DNA of 64,000 bases from Tubiluchus corallicola (lineage: Eukaryota > Animalia > Priapulida): the NCBI GenBank assembly GCA_030141605.1, contig JAQGDQ010000082.1, positions 372,001-436,000 of the forward strand. The letters run 5' to 3'. Both the position numbers and the translations under genes were made by a program. Below are positions 40,517-52,200 of the stretch, piece after piece; the stretch's first letter is position 1, and the number at the start of each line of letters is the position of its first letter. The notes under the pieces were generated by a model. That model saw only the letters and a program-made list of their open reading frames with translations, made no database searches and had not been told where the DNA came from.

Positions 40517-43500
40517 AATGCTATAAGTGCGGCTCGTTCTACCTACAAACAGTACAAGGCCTGTCGCCCACTGCGGTCCGCAACACGTTACTCAAGCTGT
40601 CCGCGAATGTTCCTTGCAAAGTCCGTACTACACGTCACCGAACCAAACCTTGTTGATTGCTCTAGACGTCCATTCAGTCTGGTTTGAAAGGTCGTGGCAA
40701 AAAGTCTGCACCAAACTCAATTTATAATCATCCATAAATTTACAATTATTTTCACACAAGAGAAAGATGAACAAAACCAAAGGGAAAAAGAGAAGAACGC
40801 AATGTCAAATCACCTACTCATGAAATATAATGGAAGCAATATAGAAAAAAATCTTCATCAAGCTGGTTAAGAATTGCAATTGCCGACGTACTTTGATGTT
40901 GAGCAAAGCTTCATTACGATAAGTGCTCTACCGGCTTATGTACTTACATACTTACACTTGAGGTTTGTTAACAGTTTTTGTGAAAAAATAAGTAACTACT
41001 GTGTTGAGCCCAAAGTTTTCAACAAATGGGAAATTAGAGGCTCTAAGTCAAAATAAAATTACAGTTATCGTCATTCACAAATACTTTCTTGAAGACGGTT
41101 TTTGCACTTATCGGATGTCTTTTTTCGTTTTACCCATAAGAATGTTATTCGTAAAAATGAAGAGAACCCAAATTGTGTTTTTCTATGAGGATGCAATTCT
41201 TTCTTAAATTATACTTCTCTTATAAAGCAAGCCCAAATGAGTGGTAAGCCCAAACAAGTGGTATATTAAATCTCAAGAAAGAACTGTATATTGGAGCATC
41301 CTAATAAATTTAACTATGATGAATAATAAAACAAACAAATGTCGATAAAATGTTAACCCTTATTTCAAAAAAGTACATAAAATGAGTTGAAAAATCGTGA
41401 GCATAGTTCAAAGGAAAAACAAATCTTATTTATTAGGCCAAAAATAACCTAGCAAAATAATTCATAGAGTAGTTATCTTTGTCTTCTCGTTTGTATCTTT
41501 TATAAAAAAACTTTTTTGTTTTTAAAACATGTACAATGACAGTCTTACATCTTGCAACTTCTGTTGTAGCCAACAAGGCTACGAGAACGATATCGCAGTG
41601 GAATGAAATTACAGTAGCGAAATTCACAATATTTCGATAGTTAGGGCGGCTATTCTATCTGTATCAAAGACCTTTTTATCACTGAACTGAGTTTGTGACT
41701 GATACAGTTTCTGAGGTAGCAGTGGAAAAAGGAAAATGTTGATTTGGAGAAATTATAATTTGCATATATACCCGTTTCCTTCTCTTGTTGGTACCTTATT
41801 GGTTATTTGTAGTGATAAAAACTTGTCAGAAACGTTAGGTCTGTATGATTTCAGTCACTTTTAATTGTGGAGTATAGATTTTTTACTGGTCGATAATAAT
41901 TTCTTAAGAGCTGTCAACGGTCTTTTTTGTTTGAAAGAGAGTGGCAAAAGCATTTTGAAACAAATAACGTTTTGCAGGTTTCAATGTTGCAAACACGTTT
42001 TGTTTTGTTATATAAATAAAATAAGGTAACATGGATTTAATGTAGTCATGACTTTTTCATTGTTCCTGATGAAGGGTTTCCCTTTCCAATAAAGAAGCCA
42101 CTTCACCTAACCAAAAATTAACAGCTGAGGTATGCACTTTCTGAAATTATCAACATTTTATTATTACAAAAATTGCAAAAATGATAGCAAAAATTCATAA
42201 ATTAAGTAAATGACACCTCAATAGTAAACTTATTGTTTGTTCGAGTAGTTCAGCAACATTTGTAATAGGTTCCTTCTTCAATAAAAAAGCCAAAACAGCT
42301 GAGGTATACACTTTCTAAAATTGTCAACATTCTAAATTCGTTTCCCCTTTTCTTGCGCATTGCTAGCACACAAAAGGTTTTATTCTAAAACCGAGTTATT
42401 CGCAGACGAATTTGAAAATATCGACTATACTGTGAATAGCTTTCCTGTTACTTGACACTCATGATCCTGCACTAAATCTGTATTGACTCTACACCTTTAA
42501 CAACGACTGATATAATTATTTGAAGCAACAATTTTCATCTATAAATGCAAACTGTTTGGTCGTCACTAAGTCAACTGTGTGGTACTGACTCATACAGCTT
42601 TACGAAATAAACAAATTTTGTGGCATGATGTATATTAATTTTTGTAGTTTTTAAAAACGTTGTGACAGCCCTGTGCATTCAGCAGTTTCTTCTAATAAGA
42701 CTTAACATCGTAGTTTCAAAGTAAAATTTAACTTTTTCCATAAATACCAAAATATCGTCCTTCCTTGAGAATCGGAACAATTCTATACGTGACTTGTTAT
42801 TAGAGTTTCAGCACTGTTCTAAATTAACTTATCATTGTAAGTGCATAGTTTCTTTTTTGGCATTGGCTATAAATGTTTTATTAAACCTTCTCCCTCTTCT
42901 TTTTACCGTTCATAAATAGTATATCGTTGCGTGCCGTCGTTTTTTTATTATGAGGACCATACAAATTAGTAAATTAAAGTGTCAAATGTCAATGTAAACT
43001 TTCTATAAGAAATTTACAAAAAAAAATTTTTGATTACACTAGATTACACATAATGTTATCAGTGATCATAAATAAGCTAATTCAATATCATCTTTATCAC
43101 AGATTTAAACAAATTTATCACAGAAACACCTCCTCGCAATTAGTATTGGTTTCTGCATTCCCTCAACTGTACATAGGTATAAGTTCTGGGCAGGTAATTT
43201 CCCTAATGATCGAGCAACTTATATCATAATTGTCTGCAAACAACGATATTAACATTACAGATAAGTGGTCATCAAACGAAGGAGACGAGGTTAACAACAT
43301 TGCTCTATGAATTTAGGCAAATAGTTCATGGGTGCAGCTGCTGTCAGATAAACACGTAAGATTACGTTTCTCGTCATCAACTTGTTGTTTTAGCGTGAGA
43401 TGGTTAATTTATAATTCATAGCTGATGTAGCTTATTATTATTACTGCAACTACTACTACAAAAACTACGAATACCTTCGCATCATTATCAATATCAATAA

Positions 43501-45973
43501 CCACGTTGAGCCAAATTATGCTTTAGTCACTGACAGTAAAGTATCACTAAAAACTAAAAACTAAAAGACAAAGACGATGCTGGCGGTTAGTAAAACAAGC
43601 AAAGAAGCTCAAATGAACTGGTCTCGAGTCTAAATGTGAAATATTATAACACTAGTTACATTAATTAACCACAATAGGTACCGAACTCAGAACAAAGTAC
43701 TTGTACTACATCAAGCAACTGTCCAGTGTATAGACGAAAACTGACAAAACCAGGCACTTAGGGAACATACACGGATTAGATTAAAACGATCAGACTGATA
43801 ATCAATTATCTAAAGTGCACAAAGTCTATACTACAGGGTAATTTTACAGCTTGTCAAGCAACTCCTTTAGCCAAACACAGTGGACTTGAGAGTCTTTCCA
43901 AAGTCAGACCTAAAGGCCAAGCTGCTAATACATTAGCGAAGAAAAGCTTTAAAAAATAAAAAACAACAACACATGAAGTATAATGCACTACTGCCAAAAT
44001 TTAATAATAAATTATTAATCAAAATTATTTGATTTTTTTCTTAAATCTTTAACGTTAGAATAGAATTGAAACATTTAATGGCTATGATGCTTTCTTTAAA
44101 CAAGAAAAATGTGTAATTGTGAGCCGAATTTTAATTCTTCACATCAGTTTCGACATTTTCAAAAAAAGCAATAAATTGGTTTGAATATTTGTGATTTAAA
44201 GACTTGTGTCCCAAAATGATGATATGTCTGTTTAATATCTTTTAAACCTCAAAAGTGAACACATTTCTTTAAATGCTGCGATATAGGCAAAATGGCACTA
44301 TCTTGTTTAATAATAATTCGACAGCATTGCTGATGTTTTTACTAGTGACTGATGATAGACTTTTAATAATGTTGAAAACTGGTGATACCTTAATTTTGGT
44401 AAAATTAGTGCAAAAAACATGTAGGACAAACTAATAATCGTATTTTTTCAACATTTTTTTTGTTTTGTACTCTTCACCTTGATAGTTTGAAAATGTTGCA
44501 CTACTAGTCTTTCTGTATATCTTTAAAGTTGCAAATATAGTGGGTCAATTTGCACATTTCACAAGTTATATTCGATGAGACTATAATAAATTAATAATAA
44601 TTATTATGGGTTTGTCCTACTCGAGTTTCTGAAACATTAAGGAGTTTAGGACCACCGTGCTTAGAAATAAACCAAGGTAACTTGACCTTCAAAATAGTCA
44701 AACACTAAATTTATTCGCATCATCGCGATTACGCCAAGTTTAGATTAAAGATTCCTAGAATCTTTACGAAGTTACAGTCGTCATGATAGCACAAAGAGTG
44801 TCTCTTTGTCGCTGAAACGCAAGGACACCTATATTAAAGATTCGTCATATTGCGGCTTACACTTATCTATTCTCCCGTCATTATTGGTGGTTTGTTTAGG
44901 TTTATCGTTTTTATCTTAGTTTGTTATTAAAACTTGCTACCATATAACTAACAAGAGCTAAGTGTAGGTAAATTACGCGCATGGTTGCCTTGGAAAAGTT
45001 CGATTTATAGTTTCTGTTGCAGAAATATATTTCATCTTCAAGAGTAACTAACGATCGGACTGCACTTTTCTGCTTTAGCTAACGTCACTAATGCTGCTTT
45101 ATCAATATTTCGGTTTCCAGTTACCAGTCGTTGTCCTCTTCCATGGGCTACTGCCTGCTGATGATCTTGACAATGCTTAAATTTCCACATTTCGCGGCTT
45201 TAATGTTTAACGAAATGAAATGTTAATAATATTAATAGTAGCAGGGAGAAAACTTCATTTTTTCGGCAGCGCATTCGTGACTTTAAAGGATGTGGTGCTG
45301 ATAAACCACAGATTAGATTAGATGTAATTTATTAACTTTATCTCATACGTATACAAGGTTGACTAATATGATGATTCACTATAACTATTGATACAGACAC
45401 CTGGCACCTTACATTAGTATTCCTTCTCATGGATTCTTCACCTAAACTTTTTGTTACGTCACATTTTATTCTATATATTATTGTATATTATATTATGTAA
45501 ATTGTATGTTATTTTTTATCAGATAAATGTAGAAATGTAACTTTGAACACTTGAGATTTGCAAAGTCTGTGCAGTACATAAAAATCATCAGATTATTAGA
45601 CCAGTGCTGATTGCTGTTTGTCATTTGTTTAAAATTCAACTCATCCCAAACAAAATTTATGGTATGTCCATTAATAATACACTAGTGGTCTTTTCTAGTG
45701 TGTGTCCATTAATAATACACAATGGGTATCTTCTGCGTCTCGGTTCATGTAATTTTGTGAAATTTGTAGTTTTTTTGTACACGAATAAGTGTGAGCGTCA
45801 AATCACTTTTCAAGTTTTCACTATGAGCAGAAACTTAAACTGATTCAATAACTTCTTGCTTAAAGAAACAAAGCTCTTGGAAATTTTTATTAAATAAAAT
45901 TAATTTTGAATGTTTGTTTTATTCGTAGGTAAACACAGTGTTTGTTCTGCCATTTACCACACCAGGTTTCAGT

Positions 45974-47800
45974 ATGGCATCTCATTCGATGAGGAGCCGA
46001 ATTAAAAGTTCTCAGTCTCATCATCGTCGAGACAATCAAGATGTAAGCAGCGGTAACCATAGTGAAGGTCAGTGGGCTCCATGGACACCGTCCGCTTCGA
46101 CCGCTTTAAAGTTACTTCTTTCAGCACGTTTAGTATCTTCTATTTGGAGCAATATTTCTGACTGTGATGAAACCTATAATTATTGGGAGCCAGTGCATTA
46201 CTTGATGTATGGTAACGGTATGCAAACCTGGGAATATTCACCGGTATATGCATTACGCTCGTATGCCTATTTGTGGTTACACGCTACACCTGCGCTATTT
46301 TATGCAAACTTATTTCAGCCAAACGAAATACTAGTGTTTTATTTTCTTCGATGCATTCTAGGATTTGCTTGTTCGTTATGTGAGCTGTATTTTTATAGAG
46401 GGATTTGTAAACAGTTTGGAGCGCACGTTGGTCGCTTGACATTAGTGTTTCTTGTCCTAAGCACCGGGATGTTCATAAGTTCCTCAGCCTTTTTGCCAAG
46501 CACATTCAGCATGTATATGATAATGCTTGCAATGGGTGGTTGGTTCCTGGGAACCTACTGGGTTTCTATATGTGCAATTGCCGTTAGTGCAATTGTAGGT
46601 TGGCCCTTCACGGCAATACTTGGTGTACCCATCGTGTACGATTTGATTGTAAGATGTAAGCTTATCGGGTACTTTATAAAATGGGCTTTGATTTCTGGGT
46701 TTGGTACTCTCATTCCATTGGTACACATAGACAGTACATATTTCGGACGACTTGTTGTTACACCATGGAATATTATCGTGTACAACATATTCACCTCACA
46801 TGGAGCAAACCTCTACGGGACTGAACCATTTTATTTTTACTTTACCAATGGCTTTTTAAATTTTAATTTCGTATTTGTAGCAGCCCTTTTTGCACTCCCT
46901 CTGTCTTACCTCACTGCATATATTGTTGACATTCCTATTTCGGGTCGAATTCAGAGCTGGCTACGTTTGTCTCCCATGTATGTCTGGCTTGTGATTTTCT
47001 TTGCCCAGGCTCACAAAGAAGAGAGATTTCTGTTTGTAATATATCCGTTTTTTGCACTATGTGGTGCTGTCAGTGTCGATTCCGCGCAAAAGATTTACTG
47101 CCACCTGGTGATAAGTTCGTCATTGAAAAAAGATAAGCATCCAATATATCAGCATTACACACAGTCGTCAGCTTGGCTGGCATACCTTTTCATTGCCATA
47201 TTTGCAGCATTATCGCTTAGTCGCAGTGCTGCATTGTATAAGAATTACCATGCTCCAATGGACACATTCATGGAACTGAACCTCATTGCAGAAGATAACA
47301 ACAAAGGACATATTTTTTCCGGTGAAAAACAAGTGAACGTGTGCATCGGGAAAGAGTGGTATCGTTTTCCAAGCAGCTTTTTTCTTCCTGGACAGAACTG
47401 GCAATTAAATTTCTTGAAGTCGGAGTTCAAAGGACAACTTCCAAAACCTTTCGGCAACTCAACAATGGATGTACCATCCCACATGAATGATCAAAATCTA
47501 GAAGAATGTTCGCGGTATGCTGATATAAATCAGTGTCATTATTTAGTAGATTTAGATTTGAATACGTCATCCTTAGTTGAATTGAGATATTCACAAGATG
47601 TGGACAACTGGAAAATTGTGTCGTCATCAGAATTTCTGGATGCTCAACAGTCGCATCCGTTTTTCCGGGCTTTTTACATTCCTTGGGTATCCAGGCAATA
47701 TTGTACTTTTGCAAACTATAATTTATTGAAAACGAGACATTTAAAACACAAACAAAGGCCTGTGAAAACACAAAATTCTGCCAATGATGAATCTATGTAA
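45974..47800 (+). CDS. ALG9: Alpha-1,2-mannosyltransferase ALG9 (GT22), single coding exon, 608 aa from first ATG
   Basis: Motifs ISDCDETYNYWEP, QTWEYSPVYALRSY, HKEERFL, CIGKEWYRFPSSFFLP, SEFKGQLP and MNDQNLEE, with many hydrophobic segments. The track ORF starts at GTG 45938; the first ATG is 45974. Confidence 0.96.
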   Translation: MASHSMRSRIKSSQSHHRRDNQDVSSGNHSEGQWAPWTPSASTALKLLLSARLVSSIWSNISDCDETYNYWEPVHYLMYGNGMQTWEYSPVYALRSYAYLWLHATPALFYANLFQPNEILVFYFLRCILGFACSLCELYFYRGICKQFGAHVGRLTLVFLVLSTGMFISSSAFLPSTFSMYMIMLAMGGWFLGTYWVSICAIAVSAIVGWPFTAILGVPIVYDLIVRCKLIGYFIKWALISGFGTLIPLVHIDSTYFGRLVVTPWNIIVYNIFTSHGANLYGTEPFYFYFTNGFLNFNFVFVAALFALPLSYLTAYIVDIPISGRIQSWLRLSPMYVWLVIFFAQAHKEERFLFVIYPFFALCGAVSVDSAQKIYCHLVISSSLKKDKHPIYQHYTQSSAWLAYLFIAIFAALSLSRSAALYKNYHAPMDTFMELNLIAEDNNKGHIFSGEKQVNVCIGKEWYRFPSSFFLPGQNWQLNFLKSEFKGQLPKPFGNSTMDVPSHMNDQNLEECSRYADINQCHYLVDLDLNTSSLVELRYSQDVDNWKIVSSSEFLDAQQSHPFFRAFYIPWVSRQYCTFANYNLLKTRHLKHKQRPVKTQNSANDESM

Positions 47801-49218
47801 AAACATTGATCAGTGCATTTGTCTTGTTTTGTCGGTTTTAAGTTTGACTGAGCCTAATATTGCTGTACATAAGATCCACTATTTGTGGCAGCAAACAGCA
47901 TGGCGACACTGCATTCTTATTGATTTTTGGAATTATATTAACTTTTTAAGTTAACTTGATTCACTTTGGAACTTATAAAACTTACACAACTTTTTATTTT
48001 TTTATTGAATGAGCGGTGTCATCTAACTAGGGGATTGTAAGTAAACTTTAATATTTGATTATTACTGTATCAAACTATTTCATATTGCTATAAGAAGGTT
48101 GACAATGTAGTAGTATTACCTCAATGAGAGCATTTTTTTGTATTTACATTAAAATTTTGTACATGGTGTCTATCGCATCTTGCCAAAAAGTGAAAGCTAT
48201 TATACTAATACATGCAATTTGTCCTAGGCATAAAATGTTAGCAATGCATTTTTTGGAAATATGGATGAACCCAGATCTTCAGTTTGTTAAAAAGTTGATC
48301 AATATCAGGAGTGTAAACCGCTTACGTAAATAACAAAAATTCTACTAGGCAAATGCCAAAAGAAGATTGTGTAAAGTTTCATAATTTCATTTTACCCATG
48401 GTAGTAAGCGTTGCTAACTACAAATTTTGCTGAAAAAGTGCGCTTTTGTGGTTTGCAACTAATAAGCATAAAAACTGTAATAAATGTTAAGTGCGTATAT
48501 GTAAATAATAAATATCAGTGTATCGGTGATATTATTATGATGCGATGGTGGTGCTATAATACAGTGGTATAATATAATTGTCAAGCTTGTTGTATTAGCT
48601 AAACATAATAATGATTATGTGGTCGTATTCAAATTGTATTTTTTGTTAGTTAAATTAAAGTGATGGGCACGTGATAGCAACTTGTTGAATTTTTTGTTTT
48701 TTTCACTCGTAACATTACAAGGGACTTTAGGGCCCAATAAGAATCAGTGAAGTTTTGTGTATGTTTAGACCTAACAAGAGAATCTGATAAAACCATATTA
48801 TTGTTTGTGAGATTGTGTGCATCGGTCCTTGTACTGCATCCTTTGTAAGTTGCTCAGAATTTGTATATGTATTTTAGCGTGCGACAGTTCATTATTGTAT
48901 AACATAGAGAAACATACTTTAATACATATCGTAGGCCTGGTCAGTGGTGCAGGGTATGGTAATAATAATTCACATATCTGTTTGGTAACTCGCATAGGAT
49001 TTGATGCAGAGATCTGCGTTAGACTTCCACTTACACTTGCTTAGCAGCCCAAAGTCCTTCCAGAAATGCTGTTGACTGTTGGTGCCTGGTAATAGCATGA
49101 ACTGTGGCCTTGAAACTGTTGTGAGAGCATATTATGTTATAGTGCTACAGCACATGGCAGAATGACTATTTACAGTTTAGTATCAGCTTTTAAACTTTAG
49201 TTCCTTTTTGCTAGAACT

Positions 49219-49255
49219 ATGACAGATGAATCTAGAAAAGGAAGGGTGCAGACAG
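49219..49255 (+). CDS. PTER: PTER coding exon 1 ([12 protein letters not shown])
   Basis: GRVQTV motif completed across G|gtaaa; ATG lies 4 nt after the acceptor TTCCTTTTTGCTAG. Confidence 0.85.
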
Positions 49256-52200
49256 GTAAATTGGAACTTTTAACTTTTTTAATAAATTTGTAGGTTTTTT
49301 AATAAAATTGTTTCAAAGGCAGCCCTGAATAGAATTACATGTATAAACAATGTATGGAATTTTTTGCTTCCAGGTTATGTCCTGCACTCATTTGAGGCTA
49401 TATGTCTGGCCCAAGTTTTCTGAGGACAAAGATTTCAGAAATCAAGATATACATGTATTTTAAAACTTCACATTAATTATCATAATTTTGGTGTTCATTT
49501 AATGAAATTAAAATAAATTTTCACAGCTAAGATGTATGTAGTGCCTTGATTTTTTCCTGTGTTTACAAAATTAATTACAATACTTTGCAAGCATGTAAAA
49601 AGGTTACAATACTTTGCAATTTCTTAATTTACTAGAATTAGTAATAGTAATTATGCAACTATGGTAGGAAAACTCGTCACTTCATTATTTTAATGTTTCG
49701 TTACTTTTGTCCTAGCAGGTTTAAATTTTTACTGCAATTTAATAATTTGATAACAGCGCATCATGCACGTCTTTTAATTGCAAAATATTGCATTTCATAG
49801 TGCAAGGATGTATCGAACCAAAGTCTTGTGGATTCACACTACCTCACGAACATCTGAAGATAGAATATGAAAATTTCTTCTTGGAACCTGTAACCAAATT
49901 TTCGCCTCCTGTGTACGACCTATCTAGTGCACCTATTGAACTGTGCAATTATGGATGGATTAATAGATACCCGTAAGTCTTCCTTTGGTTAATTAACCGA
50001 TAAGTTAATTGTTGATTATACATAAATTTCATGAAAACTCCTTTTTCTTTTTTAGTATTGTAATATGGATAATGTGTTAGTTTGGCTGAAACGTGAATAA
50101 AAGTAAAACAAATAAAATACTATATTCAACAAAATGTCGGTAATTTTAGTTGCAAAGACCTTCTTTTTGCCTGTATAGTAATATAGTTGCATAGAGACTT
50201 GCTTTGTAGATTTTTTTAGAAGAATTAAGTTATAGTGAATAGTGTAGTTATAAATTCTTACTAAGCAGTTCTAAGGCTCATTTATATGAATGCTAAATGT
50301 AGCTAAGAACTACTCATAGCTACAGTGCTAGGATATATTGTTATAATGTTAACATTGATGCAACTTACTGTTATAATGTTATTATGATGCAACATTAATT
50401 TACATAACATGCAACTGGAAAACGAATCACTCGTGCAATGTAATCAATTCCTTTAAAAACTCCAAAAACATAAATTCAGCACTAGGTGACATGGCAATAC
50501 AGTGGCTGCATGTCAGTTGTGAAAAATAAAAAACAAAACAAATAATTGTTGATTATACATGTTTGTTAATTCTCTCTTATCACCGTTAAATATCTAAAAA
50601 TCTGTTTTAGATACTGCAACAGGGAAAACCTACGATTACATGATCATCAAGAAGCTATAGATGAACTAAAATTTTACAAGTCGAATGGCGGAGGCACGAT
50701 AGTAGATAATACGACCTATGGCATAGGAAGAGATGTAGCAGCGTTGAAGCAGTTTTCGGAGGCCACTGGTGTCCATTTAATTGGAGGGGCAGGTAATAGA
50801 TTGCCATGCTGATGCACATTTAGGACACTTAAAAGCTAATTGCATTTACATCGTTGCATTCTTCATGGCGTGATGCAAAACTGGTGCAACTTATCCTATA
50901 TTTGCAAATGCTTTTGAACTAGCTGCCTAGCAAACTAATAAATAATAAGTAATAAATTAGCTAATTGCTAATTAACAAAAAAACCAATAGTGTAATCTTG
51001 TGTGTTATAGTAGATTTATTTCCTTAATAGCTATAGCAGACAATGTTAGATAGTACTTTTATTGCAATTGCAATTTTGTACTTGCATGCCAGTTAGCTAG
51101 CTTAGTTTGTTTTTTATTTTTGTCACTGACATGCAGTCATGGCTTTGCTGTGTCAGTTAGTACAGAATTTCATTACAGAACTTGATTACACTACATGAGT
51201 GTAAAGTTTCTAAATGATTAGTTTTCTAGTTGTGTACTATGCAAATTGTAGAATGCATGAATTTATCCTAACACTGCAGTTATGTAGTCCTAACATTGTA
51301 GCTATGAATTTTGACAAGCTGCATAAAATATTCGTGTAAATGGCCTGAGTATTATTTCGTATGAATTCATAACTGCATTATTTGGCTTAATACCTTTAAA
51401 AAAATCTGCAAAGCAATTAAGTCTCTATGTAATTTTTTCTAGACATGCAAAAATAAGGTTTTATGATTAAAAAGTTTATACTTGATTGACATTCAATGAA
51501 CTTAACTTTTTATTTATTTTATTTTTATTTCATTTCATTTTAGCCAAAATAGCATTACACCAAACCAAACAGTATTATTGACAGTCACGTTTTGACTTTT
51601 TCAATTTGCTGCATCTTATTCGTGTTGTCATTCAGTACAGAGTTGTGTTTTTCACTGGTTATGTTTTTTTAATGGTCCTATAATTCCACTAATATTAGAC
51701 TAGAAATAAATGTTTTCTTTGTAGGTTATTATGTTGATCACGTGCATCCAGCAAATATGACAAGTAAAAGTGAAGAGGAGCTCTGTAACGAGTTAATTAG
51801 CCAAGTCACTGAGGGCTGTGATGGTACTAACATTAAATGTGGGTTGATAGGAGAAATAGGCTGTTCTTGGCCTTTAACGGGTATGCTATACATATAACAG
51901 CAATGTATTTTACCTTTTCAGAGATTTTATAGTTTTAAGTGTGGCTTGTACTTTGCATGTACTTCACAAAAAGAATTGGTTGTGCAATTGCAGTTTCTGT
52001 GAGCATAGCAGTCTTAACAGCATCGTGGGTCCCCAGACAAGAACAATGTACTAGGGCCTCTCCCACTCACAATGCTAAGAGAGTTATTGTGAACAGTATA
52101 GCAATATAGAATTTTTAGGATTCTGCCCGCCCGCTAATTGCCTAGTGTGTCCATACCTTAAGAGAGCTTTGTCTGTGAGCAAAATTAACTCTGCATGATT

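Noticed and set aside
45938-45973. GTG start for ALG9 as given in the ORF track
   Set aside because: Eukaryotic gene; the first in-frame ATG is 45974 and the upstream bases follow a splice acceptor, so they are likely 5' UTR.
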